Below, in pieces: positions 24,758 to 37,072 of a stretch of DNA of 57,485 nt. Location: assembly GCF_001194135.2 (NCBI RefSeq), contig NC_068985.1, positions 91,708,712 through 91,766,196 on the forward strand. The letters run 5' to 3'. Position numbers and translations under genes: made by a program. Origin of the DNA: Octopus bimaculoides (lineage: Eukaryota). Position 1 is the stretch's first letter; every line of letters begins with the position of its first letter. The notes below the pieces were generated by a model. The model saw only the letters and a list, made by a program, of their open reading frames with translations, did not search any database and had not been told where the DNA came from.

Positions 24758-24906
24758 ATTCTCTCTGTCTATTTCTTCGTGTCCCTTTCTGTTGAAGAGC
24801 GTAGGCTCGAAACGTAAAAGACTTTCTCACCTCCCGAGTGTCAAACTAATAAATACACCTGTTTGTTTTTTATACACCTGTGTTCCTCTTTCTATAAACG
24901 TCAACT
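24758..24906 (+). mobile_element. Solo Penelope-like terminal repeat (pLTR) with minimal hammerhead at 24785-24820
   Basis: CTTT-CTGTTGA-A-GAGC(GTAG)GCTC-GAAAC-GTA-AAAG. The downstream CCCGAGTGTCAAACTAAT...ACACCTG is homologous to the pLTR of the GIY-YIG element at 28206. Confidence 0.8.
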
Positions 24907-25227
24907 ATATATATATATATATATNNNNNNNNNNNNNNNNNNNNNNNNNNNNNNNNNNNNNNNNNNNNNNNNNNNNNNNNNNNNNNNNNNNNNNNNNNNN
25001 NNNNNNNNNNNNNNNNNNNNNNNNNNNNNNNNNNNNNNNNNNNNNNNNNNNNNNNNNNNNNNNNNNNNNNNNNNNNNNNNNNNNNNNNNNNNNNNNNNNN
25101 NNNNNNNNNNNNNNNNNNNNNNNNNNNNNNNNNNNNNNNNNNNNNNNNNNNNNNNNNNNNNNNNNNNNNNNNNNNNNNNNNNNNNNNNNNNNNNNNNNNN
25201 NNNNNNNNNTATATATATATATATATC

Positions 25228-25789
25228 GTGAAGTATATTTGCCACATACAAGTGGCTAACACTTAGGGGTCGATACTACTGTAGCATATAGCTTCCAGGA
25301 AGACACCTCGTCCCGCTGTCTATTGACACACTGGCTGTGCCCTATCTGTATTTGCAAAGGGAAGTCATCGTCCCCGTCTCCAGCCTGACGTGATAAACAT
25401 GGGCCCGAGTTTCTGAGTATTGACCCGTCAGCAGCGTGTGACAACCACCGGTTGGTGATGGCAGCTGTTTCTCAATGCAGATATACATACTTTGTCCTGT
25501 GACGAAAAGTCACTGATCTCGTAAAAGTAGAGAGAAGCAATAATAGATATCTTAGCGAGGTATTAGGAACCACTTGCCATCGCCAACCGGTGATTGTCAC
25601 ACGCTAATGACGGGTCCGTGGGTATCACGTCAGGCTGGAAATGGGAACGATGATTTCCCTTTGCAAATCCTGATAGGGCACAGATAGTATGTCAATAGCC
25701 AGCTGGAGAAGATATCTTCCTGGGTCTACAAGCTACTGTAGCATTGGCCCTTAAGGGTTAGCCACATTTAGGTGGCAAATATATTTCAC
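25228..25789. mobile_element. Long-TIR foldback element (arms about 230 bp, spacer about 110 bp)
   Basis: GTGAAGTATATTTGCCAC...CCGGTTGGTGATGGCAG is inverted at TTGCCATCGCCAACCGG...GTGGCAAATATATTTCAC. No TSD was recognised. Confidence 0.85.
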
Positions 25790-26329
25790 CATGTCGTGCT
25801 GCTACTGTTTATACCTCGCTCAGAGATTTATTATATATATATATATGGGGGGGGTGCGTGTGTGTGTGTATAAACCATCCACTATTTGAAATAAAGAAGA
25901 ACACGTTTACGTCTTCCAACTTTTACAGCTTTACTCAAACCAAATACTCAACAAAATATCCAAAATTTCTCCAACCAAAATCTCCACCAAAGAGTTTCTA
26001 ATATAATCACTTTAGCCTACATGCATACTAACAATCGAAATGTATATTTCTATGTCAGCAAACTGAATGACCTTATTTTTGACCCTTTCATTCTTTGTTT
26101 TATCAAATATTTTATTCCCATTTTCATACATGAATATATACACACATTTTATTTTTATAATGCCCCCACTTTAGCATGTATCTATAAAATAATTCGAAAA
26201 AGTTTTAACAGCAAACAAACTCTACCTTCATAAAACACGAAGGTTAAATTTTCTGTATACTAATCAAATTGTTTATAGAATAATAAACTCCGAGGAAAAA
26301 CACAGATCGACAGTCTATACCAAAATACT

Positions 26330-26940
26330 TTTGTGAACATGAAAGCACAAGATAGACATTTTTTTAATACTTAACAAAGCCAGGAAATGCCTGACTAATA
26401 ACCACAACATAACAAATGAAAACAAGAAGTAGGCTAAAATAAGAACAAAAACAACAAGTAAAGAAATCACCAGCCTATACTTACCACCTTCCTATGGTAT
26501 TTTCAGGAAAAAGTTGACACATCCAATAACTAAGAGCTTAAACACTGGACTTCGTAACTTCGACCTGTACATTGTGAATTCAAAAGGATTAAATCCGATA
26601 ATATCAAAATCGAAAAAAAACAAAAACTCTCCCAGCCTCTGCATACCTAACAAAAGACAAACACCTACATATTTGTTCAGAAAGTTCCACACACATTAAT
26701 AAATTCTGACTGAGAACATAACCGAATGTATGATCAATAAAAAAAAATTCCTGAAACACCTCGCAATAGCAACCGGTTTTTTTTTTAAAGTTACAGTTAT
26801 TACCACTCCACTCAAACCCACACACCCAAGAAAGATTTTAACTCAGCAGAGACTATATAAAAGCAAGACTAACTTCAATGCATCGCAGTCTCACGATGGT
26901 TTAACTAGCCGAAACCTCGATATCGATGTCAATAACATTC
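26330..26940 (+). pseudogene. Probable highly decayed Penelope-like element 3' end
   Basis: A/C-rich coding-like stretch (LCIPNKRQTPTY, resembling the GIY..C..C..YIG segment) ending in a degenerate HHR-like CTCACGA-T-GGTT(TAACT)AGCC-GAAAC. Confidence 0.4.
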
Positions 26941-27029
26941 TTGTTTACGAATAATAAATTTGTAATTTACAAAGGTCTAGCGTAACGCATCAGATTAATG
27001 CATATATATATATATGTTTGTGTGTGTAT

Positions 27030-27120
27030 TTACATATATCTTCTTTATTTTGTTACGTGTTTCACTCATTTGACTGCAGCCATACTGGAGCACCTACTTT
27101 TAGTCGAACGAATCGCCCCC
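27030..27120 (-). mobile_element. SINE family A tail fragment
   Basis: GTTTCACTCATTTGACTGCAGCCATACTGGAGCACC...TTTAGTCGAAC. Confidence 0.7.
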
Positions 27121-27127
27121 CCTCCCA

Positions 27128-27167
<40 letters not shown>

Positions 27168-28205
27168 TTCTTCGGAAAAACTGTACGTTGGCGAGAGAGG
27201 TAATGCACTATAACAACGCTCGCGTATGCATCGACAACAGATTAAAAACCCAGAGGTGCGCCAAATACCACTGAGTAACCGTCTCGCAACATGTGGTCGA
27301 AAAACTTTTATGATATTTTCATTTCATAAACTTTACAACCTGAATGAAATTGAGAGAAAAGGACTTTATTAAGAAATTCAAACCCAAGCTTAACAAACAA
27401 TGATTACATTAATCTTATTTGGGGTTTAAAAATCTTATCCCAAAAACTAATACACAATAAATCTCTCAGATGTCATCATTTCTAAACATAAACATTGAAA
27501 AATGGTTTTGCATCGTCTCTAAAAATAGCCAAACAACTACTGCTGCTGTCCAAATGAATGTATATAAAGGACAAAAAGACAGCCAGTCAACTACAGTTGA
27601 AACACTTCTGTCACACGGGACATTGAAGATTACTAGAAAGCAGGAAAGTATATTAGTCCTTATATATTTAATATTCAATATTTCATTTCATTTTACTATA
27701 TATACTATATATTCCATATTCTATATCCTTCATTACTTTTATAAGAATATAAATAAAACATAAAAAACAGACGAGTTGGAATTCTTTTGAATAATATANN
27801 NNNNNNNNNNNNNNNNNNNNNNNNNNNNNNNNNNNNNNNNNNNNNNNNNNNNNNNNNNNNNNNNNNNNNNNGGTAAAATGCCGGCATTCTATATTTTCTA
27901 TATTTCGCGTAGGCGCATGGGTTGTTTTTTTTTTATTTAGTCGTCTACATAATATTGTATTGTGTGTTGGATACTGTCTATGAGAAAAACAGTACCCTGA
28001 CGTAATCCCCTCTGCCAAAGATTTTGAAACAACATGCTGTACGGCTTTGCATTTGCGCCGGAACCTTCAATACGAATATTTCAGCGCGTTTAGGTGTCAG
28101 TCTGAGGGCAGCACAATAGGAGGACATGTCCCGAGAGTGATAAAAATCAAACATCCAGTCAACATTACTGTGCTTGTAGTGATCATTACTGATGACGACA
28201 TTATG

Positions 28206-29496
28206 TGGGAGAATATACGAAAAAACAACAACAGACGAGGACAGGTGGTGTAAATAACAAACGGATATATTAGTATGACGCTCGGGAATACGGAAAGCCT
28301 TTGACGTTTCGAGCTACGCTCTTCAACAGAAAGAATACGGAGACAAGGAGAAAAACACGGAGAAAAAAATTGAATAGCGTTCAGTCAACGGTCAATCATA
28401 ACAATGGCTGACCGGAAGTTAGAAATTCTTTTTTCAGGAGAGCTAAGAAAAGGGGGAGATAACAAACGGTGATCGAAGAACGAGGGGATGTGTGTGGGAG
28501 ATAGAATGCTGGTGATCTTGACGTATGGAGTGTGAAAATGGGGAAGGGAGAAAGGAGTTGGTCNNNNNNNNNNNNNNNNNNNNNNNNNNNNNNNNNNNNN
28601 NNNNNNNNNNNNNNNNNNNNNNNNNNNNNNNNNNNNNNNNNNNNNNNNNNNNNNNNNNNNNNNNNNNNNNNNNNNNNNNNNNNNNNNNNNNNNNNNNNNN
28701 NNNNNNNNNNNNNNNNNNNNNNNNNNNNNNNNNNNNNNNNNNNNNNNNNNNNNNNNNNNNNNNNNNNNNNNNNNNNNNNNNNNNNNNNNNNNNNNNNNNN
28801 NNNNNNNNNNNNNNNNNNNNNNNNNNNNNNNNNNNNNNNNNNNNNNNNNNNNNNNNNNNNNNNNNNNNNNNNNNNNNNNNNNNNNNNNNNNNNNNNNNNN
28901 NNNNNNNNNNNNNNNNNNNNNNNNNNNNNNNNNNNNNNNNNNNNNNNNNNNNNNNNNNNNNNNNNNNNNNNNNNNNNNNNNNNNNNNNNNNNNNNNNNNN
29001 NNNNNNNNNNNNNNNNNNNNNNNNNNNNNNNNNNNNNNNNNNNNNNNNNNNNNNNNNNNNNNNNNNNNNNNNNNNNNNNNNNNNNNNNNNNNNNNNNNNN
29101 NNNNNNNNNNNNNNNNNNNNNNNNNNNNNNNNNNNNNNNNNNNNNNNNNNNNNNNNNNNNNNNNNNNNNNNNNNNNNNNNNNNNNNNNNNNNNNNNNNNN
29201 NNNNNNNNNNNNNNNNNNNNNNNNNNNNNNNNNNNNNNGTGTTGCTGCAAGGAGTGGCCGGCAGAACGGAAGTGGCGTGACACCGGGGTGTCATTGCCAA
29301 CGTTGATGTCTCGGAGGTGTTCCGCGAATCGGTCGGCCAGTCGGCGCCCCGTTTGTCCGATGTACGGATACGGGCAGAGAGAGCAGGAGAGGCAATAGAT
29401 GATGTTGGTAGAAGTGCAGGTGAAGGAGTCGGTGATGCGATAGGGTCGGTGATGGGTGCTGGTGAGGAGGGTGGTGTTGGAGAGGTAAGGGCAAGT
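28206..29496 (-). mobile_element. 5'-truncated Penelope-like retroelement (GIY-YIG endonuclease + pLTR), spans an assembly gap
   Basis: TCPYLSNTT...FTCTSTNIIYCLSCSLCPYPYIGQTGRRLADRFAEHLRDINVGNDTPVSRHF is a PLE-type GIY-YIG with CxxC and His residues. The pLTR carries an HHR at 28299-28333 and the element is flanked by a CATTATG duplication. Confidence 0.9.
28299..28333 (-). ncRNA. Minimal type I hammerhead motif with CUGUUGA core
   Basis: CTTT-CTGTTGA-A-GAGC(GTA)GCTC-GAAAC-GTC-AAAG. Confidence 0.75.
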
Positions 29497-29977
29497 CATT
29501 ATGCTTCTATTCGTCTCCCCACACGGCCTTACACTCAACACGGAGGCCTACATCAAGTACCTGGAGGCGGTAGTGCTGCCCTGGGTCAAGTGGGTGGCTG
29601 GCGGAAGACCCTAATCCTAGCAACAGCACATTATACCATGCCACAGAAGCAAGAGAACCAGTCATGGCTGTCAGACAATTGTGTGAGAGCAACAAAATTT
29701 CTTGTAATAGCAAAGATGAACTGAAGGCAAGGGTTATGGCAGCATTCACCAACTTAAACAAAGAGACCGTCCAGATGAGTTGCGGGAGATTCTTGAGTCG
29801 TATGGAGGCTGTTTGGAGCCAAATGATGATTTTATTGGAGAAATTTACTCTTTAGTATTTCATGATATTTCTATCTAATTTTGGTAAATATATTTGTTAA
29901 AATGAGATGTCAGTGTTATTTTCAGTTTTGCGTAATTTAGACGACTATACGTTCGCCGCATCCTGTATATGTATATA

Positions 29978-30050
29978 CAGCGTCAAACTAATACACTTGC
30001 TTGTTGTTCATACACCTGTCTTCTTTTGTATTTCTGTAAATTTCAACTAC
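29978..30050 (+). mobile_element. Truncated pLTR tail fragment (no hammerhead)
   Basis: AGCGTCAAACTAATACAC...TCATACACCTGTCTTC matches the region downstream of the HHR at 24838-24905. Confidence 0.6.
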
Positions 30051-30073
30051 ACGCGCGTGCGCGCACACACACA

Positions 30074-30122
<49 letters not shown>

Positions 30123-30349
30123 ACTTGTATATATACATATTATTGACGTTCAAATATTAGTTTGGATTCAGCAAGACTACACTCACTACTGGCAAAGCTA
30201 TTCTAAAAATTAATCTTATATAACCTGGATAACGTATTGTCGTTATTGATTGCTGTTCTTGGACTCTACATATAGCAGGTCTGCTGATATGGTTGTTGAC
30301 CATTTTATCAGTGTAAGGACCCAACCTCAATATTCTACAGTTTGGGGCA

Positions 30350-30660
30350 GGTAACCTAATGGTTCTGCTATTTCGCTCACGATCGTAACCTTTTCAGTTG
30401 ATAACTGGAGTTCGATAGCTTGGATACGACACTTTATTTCACGTTGCTCCTGTCAATTCAGCTGGCAAAAGTGAGCACCATCTGTATTTCAAATGGCCGA
30501 CGTTTGCATAATAGTTGTCACACTGAATCTCTCTAAGAACTACGTGAAGTGTACGCGTGCTTGTAGTGTGCTCAGCCACTTGCACGTAAATTTTATGTTC
30601 CATGATGTTCCGTTGATCGACTCAACTGGAATCTGTATCGTCGTGACCGACGGAGCACCA
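30350..30660 (+). mobile_element. SINE family B
   Basis: CACGATCGTAACC...GGAGTTCGATAGC...CACTTTATTTCACGTTGCTCC...GACCGACGGAGCAC. Confidence 0.85.
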
Positions 30661-31115
30661 GTGTAGTTATTTTTATTTATGAGACTGACCTGTATTTAAT
30701 CCAAGTATTTTAACTCCTTCCAAAAGTATTCGTAGAGTTTCTCTTAATTATTCTATTGACATCTAATTTATAAACCTATGGTAATGAAATAACCTTTATT
30801 CAATTCCCGAAATGAATTTTAGCATTGATCCGTTTGTCTTATTAATTTATAATATTTTTTTTAATGAGTTTGAAGGATTTGTTCCATTACATGTTTAACA
30901 AGAACAGGGTTATATATATTTGAGATACAGAAAATTTAATGCTCTCGGCAATGAGTATACAAAGATGAAGTCGTGTGGTGAGAAGCAAAAGTGGATCCCT
31001 TGCGAATAAAATCGCTATAGTAGGAAATGAAATGACGTGGATACGTTTAATTTCACACCAGTCCCATTAGCTCAGCCCAGCTGAACTTCTCAGGAGAATT
31101 GCCTATATATATGTA

Positions 31116-31168
<53 letters not shown>

Positions 31169-32149
31169 AAATATATATATACATCTATCGATCTACGTTT
31201 ATATATATATGTATGCATGTATATACATGCATATACACACGTGCACACTCGTGTAGGGTGAGAGAGGAAAACGAGAGAATCATAGTGCAATGGTTTTGTA
31301 ATTTTATACGAATATACACATACATGCATGCATACATACATGCATACTTACGTACATACACGCATGATATAACTGCATACGAAAATCTTCACAAAGGCAA
31401 CCTTCATTCTTGAAAACCGCAAAACCCGCGCCAGCGTCTTAACGCAAGATAAAAGATTTAGAGAGAAAAGAAATGCTTACAAGACTTTACGTAGCGTGAA
31501 AAGAACGATGCTAACGAAGTAGATATCATAAAGAAATCCAGATTTGTTTCACACTTTGTGCACTATTTCTATTTATTTTATATGACGTACGCCTCTCTTT
31601 CTTAGGAAATATGTAAATCAGCTGATGTGAATATATTGTAATTTCAGAGAATCCGGTATAATGAATGCAAAAATCGATTGGCTCAATAATCGGAGGTGCT
31701 TTACGCTATCTAAGCATTGTCTCTTACGTTTACGAGTTACAATCCCGGTGGGGGTAAAATCTACCTTTCATCCGAATGATGTTGAGGAATTAATACCTAT
31801 CGTATACAGTGTTTCAAAATAACTACGTCATCAACAATACATTACTGCTGAATTTGGAGTGATAACGCCAAACAGTGATGTGTATATATACAAGATTGTT
31901 ACCAGTTCAAATATGCTTCAGGCATGTTCAGATCCGCAAGAAAGCCATTCACCGTATTTTGTTATGGAGAAAATTTTTCGTTGTACAAAAAAAGGTGCAA
32001 ATACACCGAGTAAGCTCCAAACGGCATCCAACCAGACGATGGGATGCTTGTAATTTGTAGTGGTTATTTCCTCTGCAGCTACAGTGATCTGAATGCGAAA
32101 CGCTGTGGAGTGACAAGAGAGACAGGACAGTCTTATTATATTCCCCTCA

Positions 32150-32350
32150 TTGCTGGCAGAACCTTTACCACGCCTGGTGAAATGCATAGCGGTATTTTGC
32201 CTACCGCTACGCTCTGAGTTCAATTTCTGCCGAGGTCGACTTTGCCTCTCATCCTTTCGGGGCTGATTAAATAAGTAGCAGTTATGCACTGGGGTCGATG
32301 TAATCGATTTACCGCTTCCCCACAAATTTCAGGCCTTATGCCTATAATAA
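32150..32350 (+). mobile_element. SINE family D
   Basis: GCTGGCAGAACC...CTGAGTTCAATTTCTGCCGAGGTCGACTTTGCC...CATCCTTTCGGGG. Confidence 0.85.
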
Positions 32351-33466
32351 AATTATTATATTCCCGTCATCATTCAAAGACTGATCGCATTATTCAGCAA
32401 CTCGATGGTATCTGTGGCTGAAGGAGAGAAAACAACTATGATATGCAAGCATCGTAAAGACTTGTTGCAGAAGAAAAAGAAGAAGAAGAAGAAGAAGAAG
32501 AAGAAGAAGAATTGCATCTGCTTTCCTTTCCAGTTCTATGAATGGAGGTCCATTTGCATCTAACATTCTATTTCAGATGTCTGTATGGCACTTTAATACT
32601 ACCAGCGACTTACTGAGATGACAACAGACTGGAAATAAGAAAGGATTATTCTACAGCGTGGATGGCATGTTAGTTCGAGATTTTATCCCTGCACTCTGTT
32701 GTTTCCGATTAAGCAAGTGGCCCAATTCAAAGCCGTTTATAGTTGTGTAGCAAGTTAACTTCTATAATAGAATCGTACATTCTTTTCTGAAAATTTGCTA
32801 CTCAGATTGACACGTCAAATGAGTACTTGATGGCACTTCCATCGTTTCCATTGTTACAATGTTTCTCTTTGTAACACAGAGGCACCTCTCACCAATCAAT
32901 ACTTCCATCAAAATAAATCCAAATGTTATATTCTTGGAATGGTTTCCCACAGTCAATATTGAAATATATTATCCAATATATCTTTCTCTTTTCAAGTTGG
33001 TGGAATAATGATTTCAGGGATATTTAGCTGTCATTTTGTTCGCCTCGAAATTTTACAAAGGGAATATCACGGCGGCTCATTTTCAAAGAGTAATTACATG
33101 TTTCCAATAAATAGATATCCGGCTTTTGTTTTAAAACTTCAATGCAAACTGTAACAAATCGTCATCTAGCATATTCTATGGACATATCATACCATAAACA
33201 CACCCAACCCACACACATACACATAAATGTGATTATTGGCTATACAGCCATACTACCGTATCATGGAAAGTGCATTCAATTATCACTGGAAGGAAATAGG
33301 TTCAATAATGAAAATTAGCACTTATAACTTAAGCTACTATTACGCCTGTCAAAGTACATGTGCACCATTTCATTCAAAGTCAAATATGTATGCATATAAT
33401 ATGCTTGCGTTCTGTATATGAAATGCATATACTGAGCTTCATTGAAAACTAGGTTGATACTGACAC

Positions 33467-33513
<47 letters not shown>

Positions 33514-34539
33514 NNNNNNNNNNNNNNNNNNNNNNNNNNNNNNNNNNNNNNNNNNNNNNNNNNNNNNNNNNNNNNNNNNNNNNNNNNNNNNNNNNNNNNN
33601 NNNNNNNNNNNNNNNNNNNNNNNNNNNNNNNNNNNNNNNNNNNNNNNNNNNNNNNNNNNNNNNNNNNNNNNNNNNNNNNNTAGCAGGAAGAGTTAAATCA
33701 ATCTGCCATTCAATGAATCGCAACGTTACTGTTTGCTTACTGATCTTGTATAAAAATGTATAAGTAAATAAAGATACACACATAAGTGTATATATATATA
33801 TATTTATATATATGATAAACAAGAGTGAAAAAACTACAGAAGGCTTGTGTTACATGGTTAAAGTATATATTTAAATTATGTCACAAAAATATTATAAAAT
33901 TTTTTGGTATATAAACATTGTATTTGGACAAATAACCGGTTTCGTGTTGTCTTTTCAAATGTCTCTACTTCATCGTAACATGTGTTCTCTCCCGTGTGCT
34001 AGAAAGAGTTCTAGATAAGGGGAGGTAATTAGGGATTTCTTCCGGTATAAGGGAGATAATCGAAATGTAGGAGGTGGTAGATTTTGATTAATTTACCATG
34101 GTTTGGTTTAGAAGGTATAGTATGTTAGGTTTTATACATCCAACCACATGCTCACACATACCAACTTTCTCATCCATATACTAAAACACGTGAGACCAAT
34201 ACTTCGGATAACATTACAAACGAGGATATACTTAAAGAACTCAAAAATATTAACTCACACCTCATTACCTTAAACAACAAAATCGAGGACTCAAATCTAC
34301 TCGCCCGGGAAAAGATAAACAGTGAAGTCACTACTCACTACACTGATCAGATTAGTAATGATTTACAACTTTTATGCACAACCCTCAAATCAATGTACAT
34401 TAACAAACCTAACAATGAACAACAACCTCCTCTACACGATATTATCGACGAATTCATTTTAAAACAAGAACAAATTAGTAAAGATTTAAACACTTTGTCG
34501 GAACTAGAGACGGTTTGCGAAAACGAAAGCCGTTTGAAG

Positions 34540-36490
34540 GACCCTGGTAGCAGAGAAACTACGTGGAAACAAGGAATGAATTCGGTCTTTGGGGAGCTGT
34601 GATGGGAGCATGATAACCGGGTTTAAGCAGATGTGTGCAAAATTTCAGCGGCACTTAGCTGAAGTTTTCGAGACGCATGGTGGTCCTGGGACACATGGTG
34701 GATTTCACTTCCTATCTCTGTGGCATGCAGCCCCTCTCAACCAGGGATGCGGAGTTCAGCAAAAAGCCGATTACAACCGAAGATATACGGAACGCGATCA
34801 CAAGCAACAAAAGAGAGAAGTCTCCAGGGTGGGATGGTCTGCCCTTCGAACTTTAATTACACATGCCAGGTTGTTAGATGATCTATTGGCAGACGTTTAC
34901 CACAAGAGGCAGGAGAGCCGTAGAGCCGTAGAGTGGTGATACTGTTGAGGAGGGACTGGAACAAGGGTGATGAAATTTTTAATTTTAGGCCTCTAACTTT
35001 TGGACAATCTCTTAGCCAAGAGATTGAGGATTGTCGTCGATAAGTTGGTTGTAGACTTGCCGATAAGCGTTATTAGTGAGAGGGTGGTTAAGGTGACTGG
35101 CATTGTGGGGCCTGATCAATTTCTATGAATCGAAAGCTTTTAATAGGTCGACCACCAAAACTCGGATGGTGTTCTCACGGCAGCGGGTTTCGGTCCCATT
35201 TTCAGAGGCGAGATCACTACAATGTACAGCGACATCTGTTCGATGGTCAAATAAATGGTCACCTATTTGGATCGTGTAGCATCGCTCGTTCCTTCTGTGA
35301 AGGATAGCCGCTCGCACCCGTCTGTACGCACTGGCTCTTGAGCCATTGCTACAGAACCTGGATGTTTCGAGGGATATCCTGCGTGATCTAAGAAGCGGTA
35401 GTTTTGTCACCGTAATAGTGTCGGGCATCTCGGAACTCGAGTTTGGCGGCACTGCTCTGAACAACCATAAACTTGGCACCTGTGGAGACAGGTCTATGCC
35501 AACCGACACCGTTGTACATCACCGGGCGGGATGACCGTTTCAATGCTCGGGGTCTGATTTTGTCTGAACCCCTAGGGGAGAGGTGAAGAGCAGGTTAGCC
35601 AACTTCTCCGAGAAGTGGTTAGAGAGGAAGCTGTCCTTCAAACCTTCAAAGGTCGGGCGGTTGTAACGAATGTGTACATCGCTTTCTTCATCTACTACAG
35701 CCTGGCCTTTTTCAATTGCTCCACTTCGTGCCTGATAAAGCTGGGGCGCTTGCTCTTCCCCTTTCTATGGAAGGGACCTGTTCTGCACGTCAGACGAGCG
35801 ATCTGCTGTCAACACCGCCGAGTGTAGGATTGGGCATGCCGTGGCTGATGATGTGCAGACATGCGCTGAGGTTGCGGCATCTCAAGCGTTTCCTTAATGG
35901 TGAGCAGGTGTGGTCGCCGTTCGTCAAACTGCAGTTAACGCACCTCGTCTCATTGATGGAGCTGCAGTCATGGGTCAAGCGTAGACCATGAAAGTGTACT
36001 TGGCACCTGGAGTGTGGGCAAGCACACCGAGCTTGCAGCCGGTCGGGCAACACGTTCGGTGGATGTTCCACTATGAAGTTTTATAGCGGATTACTGAAGG
36101 AAGCACTGGGCGTCGGGAGGTATCAACTAACTGGTTTTTCCGGAGAACTTTCTGGCCAGGGCCTATGACGAACTCCCAGAAATCTCTGGCCTAGAAGTGT
36201 TACTGATGAGTTTTTCGGGTTCAAGACGAGCTCTAGAGACACGGAAGCGCTGTCAGATGCACCTGTCCGAGGTGTACGCAGAGGGTTGAAACCGTCTTTC
36301 ATGCACTCGTCCAGTGTCTGTGCATTACTGACTTATGAAGATTTGACGAACAGTTGTTGTCACATGTAGGACGGATACGGTTATCAGCCGAGTCTATTGT
36401 GAAGATAAACATGTGCATGACATTGCAGGTGTCCCCAGTTAGAATATTCTTCATTATGTAACCTTTCGTTCGATTTCGATTCCAAGGGCA
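34540..36490 (+). pseudogene. Tx1/L1-clade ORF2 remnant (RT and C-terminal region), multiply frameshifted
   Basis: PITTEDIRNAITSNKREKSPGWDGLPFEL, KGDEIFNFRPLT, SKAFNR.DH, AAGFGPIF, LYALALEPLL, RKLS..GRAVVTNVYI, LFPFLWKG and GLGMP are typical L1/Tx1 motifs. Confidence 0.9.
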
Positions 36491-36519
36491 TTTCGTCACT
36501 ATTTCTCGCTGATCGAGAA

Positions 36520-36520
36520 A

Positions 36521-36577
<57 letters not shown>

Positions 36578-36578
36578 C

Positions 36579-36613
<35 letters not shown>

Positions 36614-36706
36614 CAGTAGCAGCAGTAGTTGTGTAGTAGATAGTACAAGGAGTAAATTAGCGTCAGTAGAAGCAACGTTAGTAGCAGCATCAGCAGCAGC
36701 AGTAAC

Positions 36707-36766
<60 letters not shown>

Positions 36767-36880
36767 GGTGGTCGTGGTCGTGGTCGTGGTCGTGGTAGCA
36801 GTAGCGCTGGTGAATGGTAGCGGTAGTGATGGTGGTGGTGGTAGTATTAGTGGTGGTGTTGGTGGTGGTGGTGGTGGTGT

Positions 36881-36914
<34 letters not shown>

Positions 36915-37027
36915 GGTGGTGATGGTGGTGGTGGTAGCAGTATCGTTGGTGATGGGAGTGGTAGATGTGGCGGTGGTGGTAGTCTTAGTGATGGTGGTAG
37001 TATTAGTGGTGTTGGTGGTGGTAGTGT

Positions 37028-37058
<31 letters not shown>

Positions 37059-37072
37059 TGTTGTTGTTGTAA
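36520..37072. repeat. Compound (TAG)n/(TGG)n/(CAG)n microsatellite
   Basis: Directly visible. Confidence 0.95.

Larger units (their letters stand above)
27990..29966 (+). pseudogene. maT/DD37D-like transposon remnant split by a Penelope insertion
   Basis: Left part: HAVRLCICAGTFNTNISARLGVSLR...VPRVIKIKHPVNITVLVVIITDDDIM. Right part: MLLFVSPHGLTLNTEAYIKYLEAVVLPWVKWVAGGRP...TQSWLSDN...KDELKARVMAAFTNLNKETVQMSCGRF. It ends GTTCGCCGCATCCTG|TA. Confidence 0.85.

Noticed and set aside
32405-32470. MVSVAEGEKTTMICK, reminiscent of an Ig-domain strand
   Set aside because: It runs straight into a (GAA)n repeat with no donor site and no further Ig motifs.
33925-33985. Minus-strand GATGA...GAAACCGGTT hammerhead-like motif
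   Set aside because: The CUGA core and helices I and II are too degenerate to support a call.
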